IMG/VR virus record: IMGVR_UViG_2857429247_000001
Coordinates: 32,001-96,000 of that record
Direction: 5' to 3' (one strand)
DNA from: a virus
Taxonomy: Duplodnaviria > Caudoviricetes
DNA length: 64,000 bases
The notes under the pieces were generated by a model. The model saw only the letters and a program-made list of their open reading frames with translations. It made no database searches and was not told the origin of the DNA. Positions 1 to 9,229 of the stretch are shown here, piece after piece. Positions within the stretch are counted from its first letter, which is position 1; the number at the start of each line of letters is the position of its first letter. The translations under genes and the position numbers were made by a program.

Positions 1-243
1 GAGGCCGCCGCCCTCGGCTGGACGACGCTGGCACTGTTCGGCGTGCACCGGACCGCGGGCGCAATGCGCGTGGACGCAACGGGGGCGCTGATCACGCTCT
101 ATCCGCGCAAGGTGATTGCGATCTCGGCGACCGAGATCAAGCTGAGCCGTCGCGGCGTGGTGCAGACCTATCGCGGGCTGGTGAACCCGGCGGCGAGCGT
201 TCCGGTGTGGGACTTCCGCTATCCGGAGAAGGCCAAGCCATGA
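1..243 (+). CDS. hypothetical protein, 5'-truncated by window edge
   Basis: Open frame from base 1 (EAAALGWTTLALFGVHR...) to TGA at 241-243; ATGA overlap with the next gene. Confidence 0.6.
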   Translation, partial: EAAALGWTTLALFGVHRTAGAMRVDATGALITLYPRKVIAISATEIKLSRRGVVQTYRGLVNPAASVPVWDFRYPEKAKP

Positions 244-584
244 CGCCCGCGGAGGTAATCGCCGCCCTCTCGGGCAAGCGCATGCGCTGCTCGACCGAGC
301 GCGCGTTGCAGGACGATATCGAATCGGTCCTGCGCGCCGCCGGGCGCCCGTTCGAGCGCGAGCGCTGGCTCGGCGCCGAGACGGGGCGCATCGACTTCCT
401 CGCCGGCCGCACGGGCGTCGAGGTGAAGGTGAAGGGCGGCGCCCGGGAGATCCACCGGCAGGTGCTGCGCTACTGCGGGCATCCGGCGATTGACGCCGTG
501 GTGCTCGCCACGACCAAGGCGGTGAGCCTGCCGCCCATGCCCAAACCCGTCCACATCCTCGACCTGTCGCGAGCCTGGCTTTAA
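240..584 (+). CDS. PD-(D/E)XK nuclease-like protein
   Basis: E...RIDF...VEVK motif; ATG at 240; its stop codon is supplied by the IS right end. Confidence 0.6.
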   Translation: MTPAEVIAALSGKRMRCSTERALQDDIESVLRAAGRPFERERWLGAETGRIDFLAGRTGVEVKVKGGAREIHRQVLRYCGHPAIDAVVLATTKAVSLPPMPKPVHILDLSRAWL

Positions 585-1813
585 CATCTTCCCCGCCCTG
601 AAGGACGGGGATTTTCGGAGATCGTGAGATCTCGTCCAGTTGACGCTTCACAGGGCCGCTTATGCAAACCCTCCACGTCCAGCAACGCGCTGTTCGCACG
701 CCGTCTAATATTAATCGCCGCGTTGATGTCGGCGTGGCCGGCGTGGCCGCAACTGATGCATCGGAAGACCGCTTGGCTCTCGCGGCTCCTCGCATCGACC
801 ACACCACACGCCGCGCAGGTCTGCGACGTGAACTGCGCGGGAACGGTGACAACCTGACCGCCGCGCGCCTCCATCTTGTACGTCAGGATCGTCGCGAACT
901 GGTGCCAGCCCGCGTTGAGGATCACCCGGTTCAGACCGGCCTTCTGGCGGACGTTGCGGCCGGGCTCTGCGAGGGTGCCTTTCGCGCTCGCGGTCATCGC
1001 GCGTGTGTTCAAGCCCTCCAACACCGCCGTCCCGAACCGGCGGCTGATGTCGAGGGCGGCGCGGTGGTGGAAGTCGCGCCGGATGCGGGCCTGCCGGGCC
1101 TGGAGGCGGGCGACGCGGGCCAGCGCGCGGCGCCTCCGGTTCGACCCGCGCTTGCGCCGAGAGGCAACCCTCTGCGCCTTGCGCTTCCTCGCCTCGATCC
1201 GTTCCAGGCTCTCGGGCAGGCGCATGGTCTCGCCCGTGGACAGGGCGAGCGTGGTCGTCACACCGCGGTCTATCCCGACCACCTCGGCGCTCGGGGCGGG
1301 CGCCGCGTGCTCGACTTCGCAGGTGAAGGCGACGTGCCAGCCGATCGGATCGAGGGAGACGGTGGCGTTCTTGACCGTGCCCTGGATCGGCCGCGTGTCG
1401 CGGAACCGAACCCAGCCGATCTTGGGCAGGCGCACGGCCGACCACTTCGCGCTGAGCCGCCGCACCGCGACCTCTCGCCCGGGAAAGCGGAAGCTGTCGT
1501 CCTCACCACGCCGACGCTGGCGCGGGAACGCGGCGCGACCCGTGAAGAAGTTCTGGAACGCCCGGTCGAGGTCCCGCAGGGCCTGCTGCTGACACGAGAC
1601 GTAGACGGCCCGCACCCAATCGAACTCGGCACGCAATCGGGTGAGGTCGGCGGCTTGGCCGACGTACCCGAGGCGGTGCTTGCGACCCCAGATCGCTCTC
1701 TGTTCGAGGGCGAGGTTGTAGGTCAATCGGCACACGCCCGCGAACTGCCGGAACAGGTCTTCCTGCTCGGGCAACGGATCCAGTTTGAACCTGTATCCAC
1801 GTGCGATGATCAC
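581..1813 (-). CDS. tnpB: RNA-guided endonuclease TnpB
   Basis: N-terminal HTH (GYRFKLDP), RuvC D (GIDRG), E (VLEGL) and D (ADINAA), Zn ribbon CAAC...CISC. Confidence 0.95.
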   Translation of the reverse strand: MIIARGYRFKLDPLPEQEDLFRQFAGVCRLTYNLALEQRAIWGRKHRLGYVGQAADLTRLRAEFDWVRAVYVSCQQQALRDLDRAFQNFFTGRAAFPRQRRRGEDDSFRFPGREVAVRRLSAKWSAVRLPKIGWVRFRDTRPIQGTVKNATVSLDPIGWHVAFTCEVEHAAPAPSAEVVGIDRGVTTTLALSTGETMRLPESLERIEARKRKAQRVASRRKRGSNRRRRALARVARLQARQARIRRDFHHRAALDISRRFGTAVLEGLNTRAMTASAKGTLAEPGRNVRQKAGLNRVILNAGWHQFATILTYKMEARGGQVVTVPAQFTSQTCAACGVVDARSRESQAVFRCISCGHAGHADINAAINIRRRANSALLDVEGLHKRPCEASTGRDLTISENPRPSGRGRC

Positions 1814-1911
1814 GGTCTGTTCCTATCACGGGGCGGGCATCTCACCAACCATTCATGCCGCGCAGACGTGCGGCCTCCTCGGCCTGAAGGCCGAGGTTTC
1901 AGGAGTTGCCG
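581..1911 (-). mobile_element. IS200/IS605-family tnpB-only (IS1341-like) element
   Basis: RE hairpin CCCCGTCC-TTCA-GGGCGGGG ending in TTAA at 581; LE hairpin CCTCGGCC-TTCA-GGCCGAGG near 1877-1896; target TCAT at 1912-1915; no tnpA. Confidence 0.9.
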
Positions 1912-3678
1912 ATGAGCGCTGCCCTATCCCTGTCCCTGCCCGTGCCGGCCCCGGCGCGCACCTACGGCACCCTGACGCTCGACCGTGACCGGAGCGAGTG
2001 GATCCTCGACGGGATGGACCCGCACGTCGCGATCCGGTTGAAGAACGCCTTCCCCCGGGTGTCGAAGACCGGCACCCAGCCGTTCCAGTTCCGCGACACG
2101 CCGGAGGGCTGCGCCGATCTCGACTGGTTCCTCTCCCGCTATCCGATGCGCATGCTCGACGGCGACGCCTCGGCGCTCCAGGCCGGCCGCAGGCGGTTCG
2201 AGGCGGACATCGCCGAGGCGGAGCGCCTGCTCCTGCCGGACTACACGCCGCCGCCCTTCGCCGGCTTCCGAGAGGGACTCGCGCCCTATCCGATGCAGAC
2301 GGTGGCGATCGAACTGGCGCGGATGCGCGGGCGCCTGCTCCTCGGCGACGACCTGGGCCTCGGCAAGACCACGGTGGCGCTGGGCGCGATCCTGGAGCCG
2401 CGCTTGCTGCCCGCCGCCGTGGTGGTGCAGTCGCACCTCGGGCCGCAATGGGAGAAGCGGGCGCAGGTCTTCACGAACCTACGGGTGCACCGGATCAAGG
2501 GGACCAAGCCCTACGACCTGCCGGAGGCCGACCTCTACATCTTCACCTACTCCCAGCTCGCCGGCTGGGTGAGCGTGTTCGAGGTCGTGCGCTGGCCGAC
2601 GGTGATCTATGACGAGATCCAGGAACTGCGCACGGGCGGGAAGGCCGCGAAGTACCGGGGCGCGGAGGTGCTGAGCCGGCACGCCGGCGCGCTGCGCCTC
2701 GGGCTCTCGGCCTCGCCGGTCTACAACTACGGCGACGAGATCTTCCCGATCCTGGAGCTGCTCGAGAAGGGCGCGCTCGGCTCCTACGACGAGTTCACGC
2801 GTGAATGGTGCAGCTACAACGGGCGGCGCTACATCGTTGACGATCCGGACGCGCTCGGGACCTACCTGCGCGAGCAGCACCTGATGCTTCGGCGCCTGCG
2901 CGGCGGCCGGCCGGTGAACACGATCGTTCGTCACGTCCCCTACGACGAGGAAATCGCGGCCGAGAGCGAGGACCTCGCCCGGGCGCTGGCGATCAAGGTG
3001 CTGAGCGGTTCGTTCGTCCAGCGGGGCCAGGCGGCGCGCGAGCTCGACATGCTGGCCCGGCAGGTGACCGGCGTGGCCAAGGCGCGGCACGTCGCGGCGG
3101 TGGTGCGGATCCTGCTCGAGAGCGGCACGCCGGTGGTGCTCGCGGGCTGGCACCGCGAGGTCTACGAGATCTGGTGCGAGGCGCTGAAGGATTTCGGGCC
3201 GGAGCTCTACACCGGCACGGAGTCGGCCTCGCGCAAGGAGAAGAGCAAGGATCGGTTCGTCTCCGGCGAGACCGATCTCCTGATCATGTCGCTGCGCTCC
3301 GGCGCCGGCCTCGACGGGCTGCAGGCGCGGTGCTGCACGGTGGTGTTCGGAGAACTGGACTGGTCGCCGAAGGTCCACGAGCAGCTCATCGGCCGCGTCG
3401 ACCGGCCGGGCCAGTCGGCCGAGGAGGTGACGGCGATCTACCTCGTCACCGACCAGGGCTCCGACCCGGTGGTGACCGGGGTGCTGGGCCTGAAGGGCGC
3501 CCAGGCGCGCGGGATCACCGACCCGCTGGCGGGTGTCGAGCACGTCTATTCCGACGAGAGCCGCGTCCGCCTGCTGGCTGAGCGCTACCTCGCCGCCCAG
3601 GGGCAGACGACGCCGCAGGCCGTGCCGAGCGCGACACCGCAGACCGTGACGCTGATGGAGGTTGGTGATGGACGATGA
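1912..3678 (+). CDS. SNF2-family (SF2) helicase
   Basis: GDDLGLGKT, DEIQE, LSASP, SLRSGAGLDGLQ, QLIGRVDRPGQ. Confidence 0.9.
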   Translation: MSAALSLSLPVPAPARTYGTLTLDRDRSEWILDGMDPHVAIRLKNAFPRVSKTGTQPFQFRDTPEGCADLDWFLSRYPMRMLDGDASALQAGRRRFEADIAEAERLLLPDYTPPPFAGFREGLAPYPMQTVAIELARMRGRLLLGDDLGLGKTTVALGAILEPRLLPAAVVVQSHLGPQWEKRAQVFTNLRVHRIKGTKPYDLPEADLYIFTYSQLAGWVSVFEVVRWPTVIYDEIQELRTGGKAAKYRGAEVLSRHAGALRLGLSASPVYNYGDEIFPILELLEKGALGSYDEFTREWCSYNGRRYIVDDPDALGTYLREQHLMLRRLRGGRPVNTIVRHVPYDEEIAAESEDLARALAIKVLSGSFVQRGQAARELDMLARQVTGVAKARHVAAVVRILLESGTPVVLAGWHREVYEIWCEALKDFGPELYTGTESASRKEKSKDRFVSGETDLLIMSLRSGAGLDGLQARCCTVVFGELDWSPKVHEQLIGRVDRPGQSAEEVTAIYLVTDQGSDPVVTGVLGLKGAQARGITDPLAGVEHVYSDESRVRLLAERYLAAQGQTTPQAVPSATPQTVTLMEVGDGR

Positions 3679-4078
3679 CCTGTTCGCAGGGCTGCCGCGG
3701 CTCGAGATGGCGCCGTCGGCAGACGGGATGATGGTTGGCGCGATGGGTGGCGGCGCCGCCTGTGGGCTGGAGATCGCGCCCGATCAGGCGCTGGCCGCCG
3801 GGATCTGGCTCCTCGACGCCGGCCTCGGCCGATCGCGGGACCCGCTCGAGGTCGGGGAGATCGTCGGCCCGAGCGCGCTGCGCCTCGCTCCGTTCGCCGG
3901 AGGCGACGTGGGCGCGTCCGTGGTCACCCTCGACGTGGGCGAGGAGCCGGCGCAGGTGGTGCTGAATCGCCTGCAGGCGATGCTGGCCGGCGAGCACCTG
4001 ATCGCCTGCGCGATCCGGGCGGGGGCGCGACCATCTGCGCAATCACCACTTGATCCCGAGGGGCTCATTCGGCTCTAG
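3668..4078 (+). CDS. hypothetical protein
   Basis: ORF overlaps helicase end; GGAGG upstream. Confidence 0.6.
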   Translation: MDDDLFAGLPRLEMAPSADGMMVGAMGGGAACGLEIAPDQALAAGIWLLDAGLGRSRDPLEVGEIVGPSALRLAPFAGGDVGASVVTLDVGEEPAQVVLNRLQAMLAGEHLIACAIRAGARPSAQSPLDPEGLIRL

Positions 4079-4186
4079 TATGTTCACGAGTTCACGCGTC
4101 GACGAATTCAGTCCGCGTGCCGTCCGCGGGGCGGAAACGGCCCCGGCCCGCGGTCTCCTTCAGGCGCCGAACCCGCGAGGTCCCGC

Positions 4187-4600
4187 ATGTCCGATCACAG
4201 CCCGTCCCTCACCCGCCTGACCGCCGATCTCGTATCGGCCTATGTGGCGCGCAACGCCGTACCGGCTTCGGACATGCCCGGCCTGATCCGGACGGTCCAC
4301 GCTGCGATCAGCGGGCTCGGGACGGCCGGTCCGGTGGCGCCGCAGGTGCGGACGCTCAGCCAGGCCGAGGTCAAGCGCTCGATCGCCGCCGACGGGCTGG
4401 TCAGCTTCATCGATGGGCGCACCTACCAGACGCTGCGACGCCATCTCACAGCCCACCGGATGACGCCGGACCAGTATCGCCGCGCGTACGGTCTTCCCGC
4501 GGATTATCCGCTCGTGGCACCGTCCTACTCGCAGAAGCGGTCCAAGATCGCCAAGGCGATCGGCCTGGGCGTGCCGAACGCTCTGGCGCAGGCGGCCTGA
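4187..4600 (+). CDS. mucR: MucR/Ros family transcriptional regulator (zinc-free variant)
   Basis: LTADLVSAYV.RN; SFIDGRTYQTLRRHL; YGLPADYPLVAPSYS..RS.IAKAIGLG. Confidence 0.93.
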   Translation: MSDHSPSLTRLTADLVSAYVARNAVPASDMPGLIRTVHAAISGLGTAGPVAPQVRTLSQAEVKRSIAADGLVSFIDGRTYQTLRRHLTAHRMTPDQYRRAYGLPADYPLVAPSYSQKRSKIAKAIGLGVPNALAQAA

Positions 4601-4709
4601 TCCGCGGGCCCGGACCGCCATCCGGCGGCCGGGCAGTTCAACAGTTCACGGTTTCACCAATCGACGCATCCACCCGTCCTATGATCGCCCGCCTTCCCGG
4701 ACTCCGGCC

Positions 4710-5168
4710 GTGCTGCACCAGATTCCCCAAGCTCACACGGCCGTGCCCCCAGTGGCGACCGCCTGGACCGTAGAAGACGTCGAGCGCTGGCTCATCGCCG
4801 GCTTTCGCGAGATGCTGTTCCGCCCGGTCTACGCACCGGGTGGCAACACGCTCCTGAGCGTGAACACGCCGATCTCCCCGTCCGCACCCTCGGCGACCTT
4901 CGACATCGTGGCCTTCGCCCCGACCGTGCTGGGCAAGGGGTCCCGGGAATGCCTCGCGGTGCTCACCTGGGCGCGCTCGCTGGCGGCGCGGGACACGGCG
5001 AAAGGAGACTGGTCGATCGCGGAGTTCTGCCGCGAGAAGGGCTGGCCGCGCCGCACCTTCGACCGGCGCCGGTTGCGCGCCTGCCAGAAGATCGCCCTCG
5101 CCAAGAACATCGCCGACGGCCTGCAACAACAGGAAAAAAACAGGACGACGCGCCGTAGGCCTACTTGA
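4710..5168 (+). CDS. putative DNA-binding protein with C-terminal HTH (candidate late regulator)
   Basis: WTVEDVERWL N-terminus; SIAEFCREKGWPRRTFDRRRLRACQKIA is HTH-like. Confidence 0.5.
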   Translation: MLHQIPQAHTAVPPVATAWTVEDVERWLIAGFREMLFRPVYAPGGNTLLSVNTPISPSAPSATFDIVAFAPTVLGKGSRECLAVLTWARSLAARDTAKGDWSIAEFCREKGWPRRTFDRRRLRACQKIALAKNIADGLQQQEKNRTTRRRPT

Positions 5169-5243
5169 CAGTGTCCGAGACGCGGCTGGCCACTGGGCTC
5201 AGGTTGTCAAGCAACCGTCCAGTCGATCCCATGGAGCACAGCT

Positions 5244-6254
5244 GTGCACGCGCCGGCCGGGACTACCTTTCATCAAGACGAGACGCAGGGCAAGGCGCGA
5301 CGTGTGCTTCCGATCGAGGAGGCGCTCCGCTGGATGGCCCGCGACGAGCTGCCGAAGGCCAAGGCCGACGCGCCGATCACGGCGCCGCCGACCTCGAGCA
5401 TGCACCCGATGTGGCGCGGCGGGATCTTCGGCGCCCGCATCCAGAACTGGAACCGCGAGCCCGGCATGCCTGCGGCGATGGGCGACCCCCATCCTGACGC
5501 GCTGCGGCTCAACCGGGCGATCCGCGAACTGCGGGCCGACACCCTCGACCTCTCCGGCTATCGGATCACGCACGGGCTGACGAAGCTCGACCCGCGCATC
5601 CCGGTCGCCGAGATCTGTGCCCAGGCGCTCGAGCACGCCAAGGGCTGGCTCCTGACCTGCGCGGTGCGCGGCTCGGTGCCAGATCACGGCTGCGGGGCGA
5701 TCTTCGAGCCGCACAAGGGTTCGCGCGGGCAGGTCACCCTCTGGCTCGACGTCCAGAAGGAAGTCGGCAAGGGCGCCGACGGGCAGCCCTGGTACGCGGC
5801 CTCGCACGAGACCACGACGCCGAACTACGGCGGCGAGTTCAAGCCGGAGAAGGGCTCGCAGTACAAGAAGGGCACCTTCTGCAAGCTGCGGTTCACGCGT
5901 GAAGCGCGCGACGTGGCGATGGACCGGGCGATCTATGCCGCGTGGCACGCCGCCTCCTGCCGCCTCGTCGAGATGCTCTCCGGCATGGAGGACGTCGAGG
6001 TCGAGGAGAACGGGCGGCGCACGACCAAGCGGGTCTGGATCCTGAGCAGCCTCGATCTCCGGCCGCCGGTGGCGCCGGCCACGCCGTGGATCCACCCGCC
6101 GCGCGCCCCAGCCGTCCTGCTCTCCCTCGCGCCGCTGGCCGAGGAGGCTCCGAGCGAGCCGGCGAAGCGCGAGATGATGCCGCCGCGCAACCCTCGCCTT
6201 CCCGTCCGCCACCTCGACCCGGCCGCCTGGTCGGATCTGCGCGCCGCCGCCTGA
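5244..6254 (+). CDS. hypothetical phage protein
   Basis: 336-aa ORF with host-like GC3; TTGACA at 5165 upstream. Confidence 0.65.
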   Translation: MHAPAGTTFHQDETQGKARRVLPIEEALRWMARDELPKAKADAPITAPPTSSMHPMWRGGIFGARIQNWNREPGMPAAMGDPHPDALRLNRAIRELRADTLDLSGYRITHGLTKLDPRIPVAEICAQALEHAKGWLLTCAVRGSVPDHGCGAIFEPHKGSRGQVTLWLDVQKEVGKGADGQPWYAASHETTTPNYGGEFKPEKGSQYKKGTFCKLRFTREARDVAMDRAIYAAWHAASCRLVEMLSGMEDVEVEENGRRTTKRVWILSSLDLRPPVAPATPWIHPPRAPAVLLSLAPLAEEAPSEPAKREMMPPRNPRLPVRHLDPAAWSDLRAAA

Positions 6255-6269
6255 TCGAAGGAGCCCCTC

Positions 6270-6389
6270 GTGCTCATCCTCGCCGCCGCCCCGCATGTGC
6301 TCGCCGCCTACGGCCTCATCTGCCTGATCATCCACACGGTGAAGATCACGCGGCGCGTCTCCCGTCTCTTCGCCCCCGCCGGGCGCTGA
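6270..6389 (+). CDS. small membrane protein (39 aa)
   Basis: AAGGAG SD and GTG start; hydrophobic LAAYGLICLII. Confidence 0.5.
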   Translation: MLILAAAPHVLAAYGLICLIIHTVKITRRVSRLFAPAGR

Positions 6390-6419
6390 CCCCCCTCACC
6401 ACCGAGAAGGACCGACACC

Positions 6420-6872
6420 ATGGCTCTCTGGAAAGACCTCATCGCCCGCGGCCAGAAGGCCGCCAAGGCCTATACGGGCGACGCCACCTTCCTCGCCGGC
6501 GCCGCCGCGGCCGCCGCGCTCGTGACCCGCGCCGACGGTCAGGTCGATGAGGACGAGATCACCGCCGCGCTCTCGGGGCTGACCGCCAACGCGCTGCTGA
6601 AATCGTTCACCGCGTCCAAGATCGAGGACGTGTTCATGCAGTCGCTGGAACGCGCCAAGAGCCGGGCCGGCAAGATCGAGCTGCAGCGCGCGATCGCGGC
6701 GCTCGGCGCTCGGTCCCTGGAGGAGCGTCAGGACGTGTTCCTGATCGGCGCCGACGTCGCCGACAGCGACGGCATCGGCCCGGAGGAGCGCAAGGTGCTT
6801 GAGGAGATCGCCAAGGCGCTCGGCGGCATCGACTCCAACAAGCTCCTGGGCGAGCCGGCCAAGGCCGCCTGA
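6420..6872 (+). CDS. terB: TerB family (tellurite-resistance-like) protein
   Basis: AALVTRADGQVDEDE and VADSDGIGPEERKVL motifs. Confidence 0.85.
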   Translation: MALWKDLIARGQKAAKAYTGDATFLAGAAAAAALVTRADGQVDEDEITAALSGLTANALLKSFTASKIEDVFMQSLERAKSRAGKIELQRAIAALGARSLEERQDVFLIGADVADSDGIGPEERKVLEEIAKALGGIDSNKLLGEPAKAA

Positions 6873-6927
6873 TCCCTCCCGGCGGGCGGCGCGGGCCGCC
6901 CGTCCCCTCTCCTGCCGGAGCATAGCC

Positions 6928-7611
6928 GTGGACGCGCAATTCTGGGCCGCCCTCGCGGGCATCGTGTGGCTCGATCTCCTCCTTTCGGGCGACAACGCCC
7001 TCGTGATCGCGATGGTCTGTGGCGGACTTGAGCCGCGCCGTCGCACGATCGGCATGTGGCTCGGCACCGGCGGGGCGATCGTCCTGCGGATCGCGCTGGC
7101 CTTCTGCGTCGCGTGGCTGATGGCGTGGCCGGGGTTGATGGCCCTGGGCGGCGCCTTCCTGCTCTATGTCGCGGCCGGCCTCGTGATGGGCGGCGGGGAC
7201 GCGGAGGCGCGCGCGCCGAGCCGGACGCTTCTGGGCGCCGTGGCGACCATCGCGGCGGCCGACGTGAGCATGAGCCTCGACAACGTCATGGCCATCGCCG
7301 CTCTCTCCCGGGGCGACTGGGTTCTGATGGCGGCCGGCGTCCTGATCTCGATCCCGATGATCGTGGCGGGCGCGGCCATCATCTCGAAGGTGCTGGAGCG
7401 CGTGCCCGCCCTCGCCTGGGCGGGGGCCGGGCTTCTCGGGTATGTCGCCGGCGGCATCATCTCGGCGGACCCGCTGGTCTCCGGCTACCTGCGGGCGGAC
7501 GCGGATGCCCTGCATCACGCCCTGGGCGGCATCGGTTGCGCCACGGTCCTGGCGGTCGGCCTCGCCGTTCGCCGGGCCCGGATCGTCGAACCGGCGTTAT
7601 CCGCGGCCTGA
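6928..7611 (+). CDS. terC: TerC/YjbE family integral membrane protein
   Basis: DLLLSGDNALVIA; ADVSMSLDNVMAIAA; GTG at 6928 with GGAG upstream. Confidence 0.9.
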   Translation: MDAQFWAALAGIVWLDLLLSGDNALVIAMVCGGLEPRRRTIGMWLGTGGAIVLRIALAFCVAWLMAWPGLMALGGAFLLYVAAGLVMGGGDAEARAPSRTLLGAVATIAAADVSMSLDNVMAIAALSRGDWVLMAAGVLISIPMIVAGAAIISKVLERVPALAWAGAGLLGYVAGGIISADPLVSGYLRADADALHHALGGIGCATVLAVGLAVRRARIVEPALSAA

Positions 7612-7689
7612 TCGGCTTCCTGCCGCCGCGAGTCGACGAACGCATTCAACCCTGCACCCGTGAACTGGAAAAGGAGTTCACGGGTGCAC

Positions 7690-7768
7690 TTTTCATAGTG
7701 CCTCCGTCCGAGAGCCGTGCGATCTTTCGCTCAGGGCAACGCCCGACTCCGATGGAGACACGATCATG
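7690..7768 (+). promoter_or_regulatory. repeated promoter/leader cassette, copy A
   Basis: TTTCATAGTGCCT...GGGCAACGCCC-GACTCC-GAT-GGAGACA-ATG. Confidence 0.7.
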
Positions 7769-7957
7769 TCCACATACGACATCTGCATCCTGATTTTAGA
7801 GGGCGCCGCCATGCTGGTCGGAGCCGCCATGCTCCCGGGCGGGTTCTTCGTGCAGCGCCTGCAACCGTGGACGGTCGAGCCGGAGGTGCAGTTGCTGCGC
7901 GTCGAGCGCTCCCGGTACGCGGATCCGAGGCCAGCCCGAGACCACGATGTCCTGTGA
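7766..7957 (+). CDS. small membrane protein
   Basis: Strong SD from the cassette; hydrophobic N-terminus. Confidence 0.6.
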   Translation: MSTYDICILILEGAAMLVGAAMLPGGFFVQRLQPWTVEPEVQLLRVERSRYADPRPARDHDVL

Positions 7958-8213
7958 GCCGGCAGACGATCGCCGCGACGAGATCGAGCGGCTGGGCGAT
8001 CAGGTCCGGGGCGCGTGGCGCGCCCTGGAGGATCGCGGCTTCCCGCCGGAGGCGGCCGGGTGGCCGTTCATCGAGCCAGACCTCGGCGCCGCGATCGGTG
8101 CGGCGCTCGATTGCCTCATCCGGACGCGGGAGGACCTGATCCGGCGGCCAACACCGAAAACAACCTGCCCCGCACTGGAAAGACCTTCCCATGAGCAAGC
8201 CGGGGGACGCGCG
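7947..8213 (+). CDS. hypothetical protein, in frame with the downstream interrupted gene
   Basis: ORF 7947 runs without a stop into the ATG at 8214; the boundary is uncertain. Confidence 0.4.
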
Positions 8214-8516
8214 ATGAGCTGGTGGAACCGCAAGACCAAGACGAAGAAGCTCCGCCGGCCCCAGCGCGTGCGGGCGGCCTCCCACCGGTGGGGCTGGTGG
8301 TTCTCATCCGACGCCGAGAACTACAGCGGCCCCTTCCGAACCCGCGAAGACGCCATCGCGACGGCTCGCGCCGAGGACTGCGGCGAGTGGCACAACGTCG
8401 ATGGCGTCGGCCGGTTCTACCTACTGGAGGGCGTCGCGTTGATTGTTCGCTGAGTTACGGTCGAGACGAACGGGTCGTGAACGGTTGCCGCCTCGGAAGA
8501 GCTGCGAGGGTGGCGG

Positions 8517-9086
8517 CTACACCGCTCGTGTGATCCCGGCGAGGGCCATTTCGCGATAGACGGTGGCGCGGCCGAGCCCGACCTGGCGCCCCGCTTCCGT
8601 AGGCGATAGCCCGGCTTGGACGAGTTTCAGGGCGGCCACGACCTTGTCCGGATCGACCGGTTGCCGGCCCGGACGCTTGCCTTTGGCACGGGCCGCCGCG
8701 ATCCCGTCCTTGGTGCGCTCGGCGATCAGCCGCCGCTCGAAGTGGGCGATCGCACCGAAGACGTGGAAGACCAGTTCGCCGGCGGCCGAGCCGGTGTCGA
8801 TCTTCTCCTCCAGGCTCACGAGCGCAATGCCGCGTTCCTTGAGCAGGTTTACGCTCGACAACAGCTCGGCGAGAGAGCGCCCGAGTCGGTCGAGGCGAAC
8901 CACCGCCAGGGTGTCGCCGCGACGCGCGTAGGCGAGGAGTTCGGTCAGGCCGGGCCGGTCCATGCTCTTGCCCGACCGCACGTCGGTGAAGACGCAGATG
9001 GCGCCCGCCCGCTCGAGCCGCAGCGTCTGCCCCGCGACGTCCTGGTCTCCGGTCGACACCCGTGCGTAACCCAGCACGTCGCCCAT
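8517..9086 (-). CDS. tnpR: serine resolvase
   Basis: GYARVST, RPGL, RLDRLGRS, ERRLIAERT, C-terminal HTH. Confidence 0.95.
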   Translation of the reverse strand: MGDVLGYARVSTGDQDVAGQTLRLERAGAICVFTDVRSGKSMDRPGLTELLAYARRGDTLAVVRLDRLGRSLAELLSSVNLLKERGIALVSLEEKIDTGSAAGELVFHVFGAIAHFERRLIAERTKDGIAAARAKGKRPGRQPVDPDKVVAALKLVQAGLSPTEAGRQVGLGRATVYREMALAGITRAV

Positions 9087-9229
9087 GATCTCGTCCCGCA
9101 AACGTCCGTTCTCGGGACGCCCGCCGAGCCGATCCGGCGCAGGCTTCGTTCCCGTCCACTTAATGCGTCCCGTTAAGCATCCGTGTCCACAATGATCCCC
9201 TGCCTTCTCTGGACGGTGGGAGGATCGGG

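Noticed and set aside
1814-1911. tnpA gene for the IS605-type element
   Set aside because: There are under 100 bp between tnpB and the left end and no HUH motif, so the element is non-autonomous
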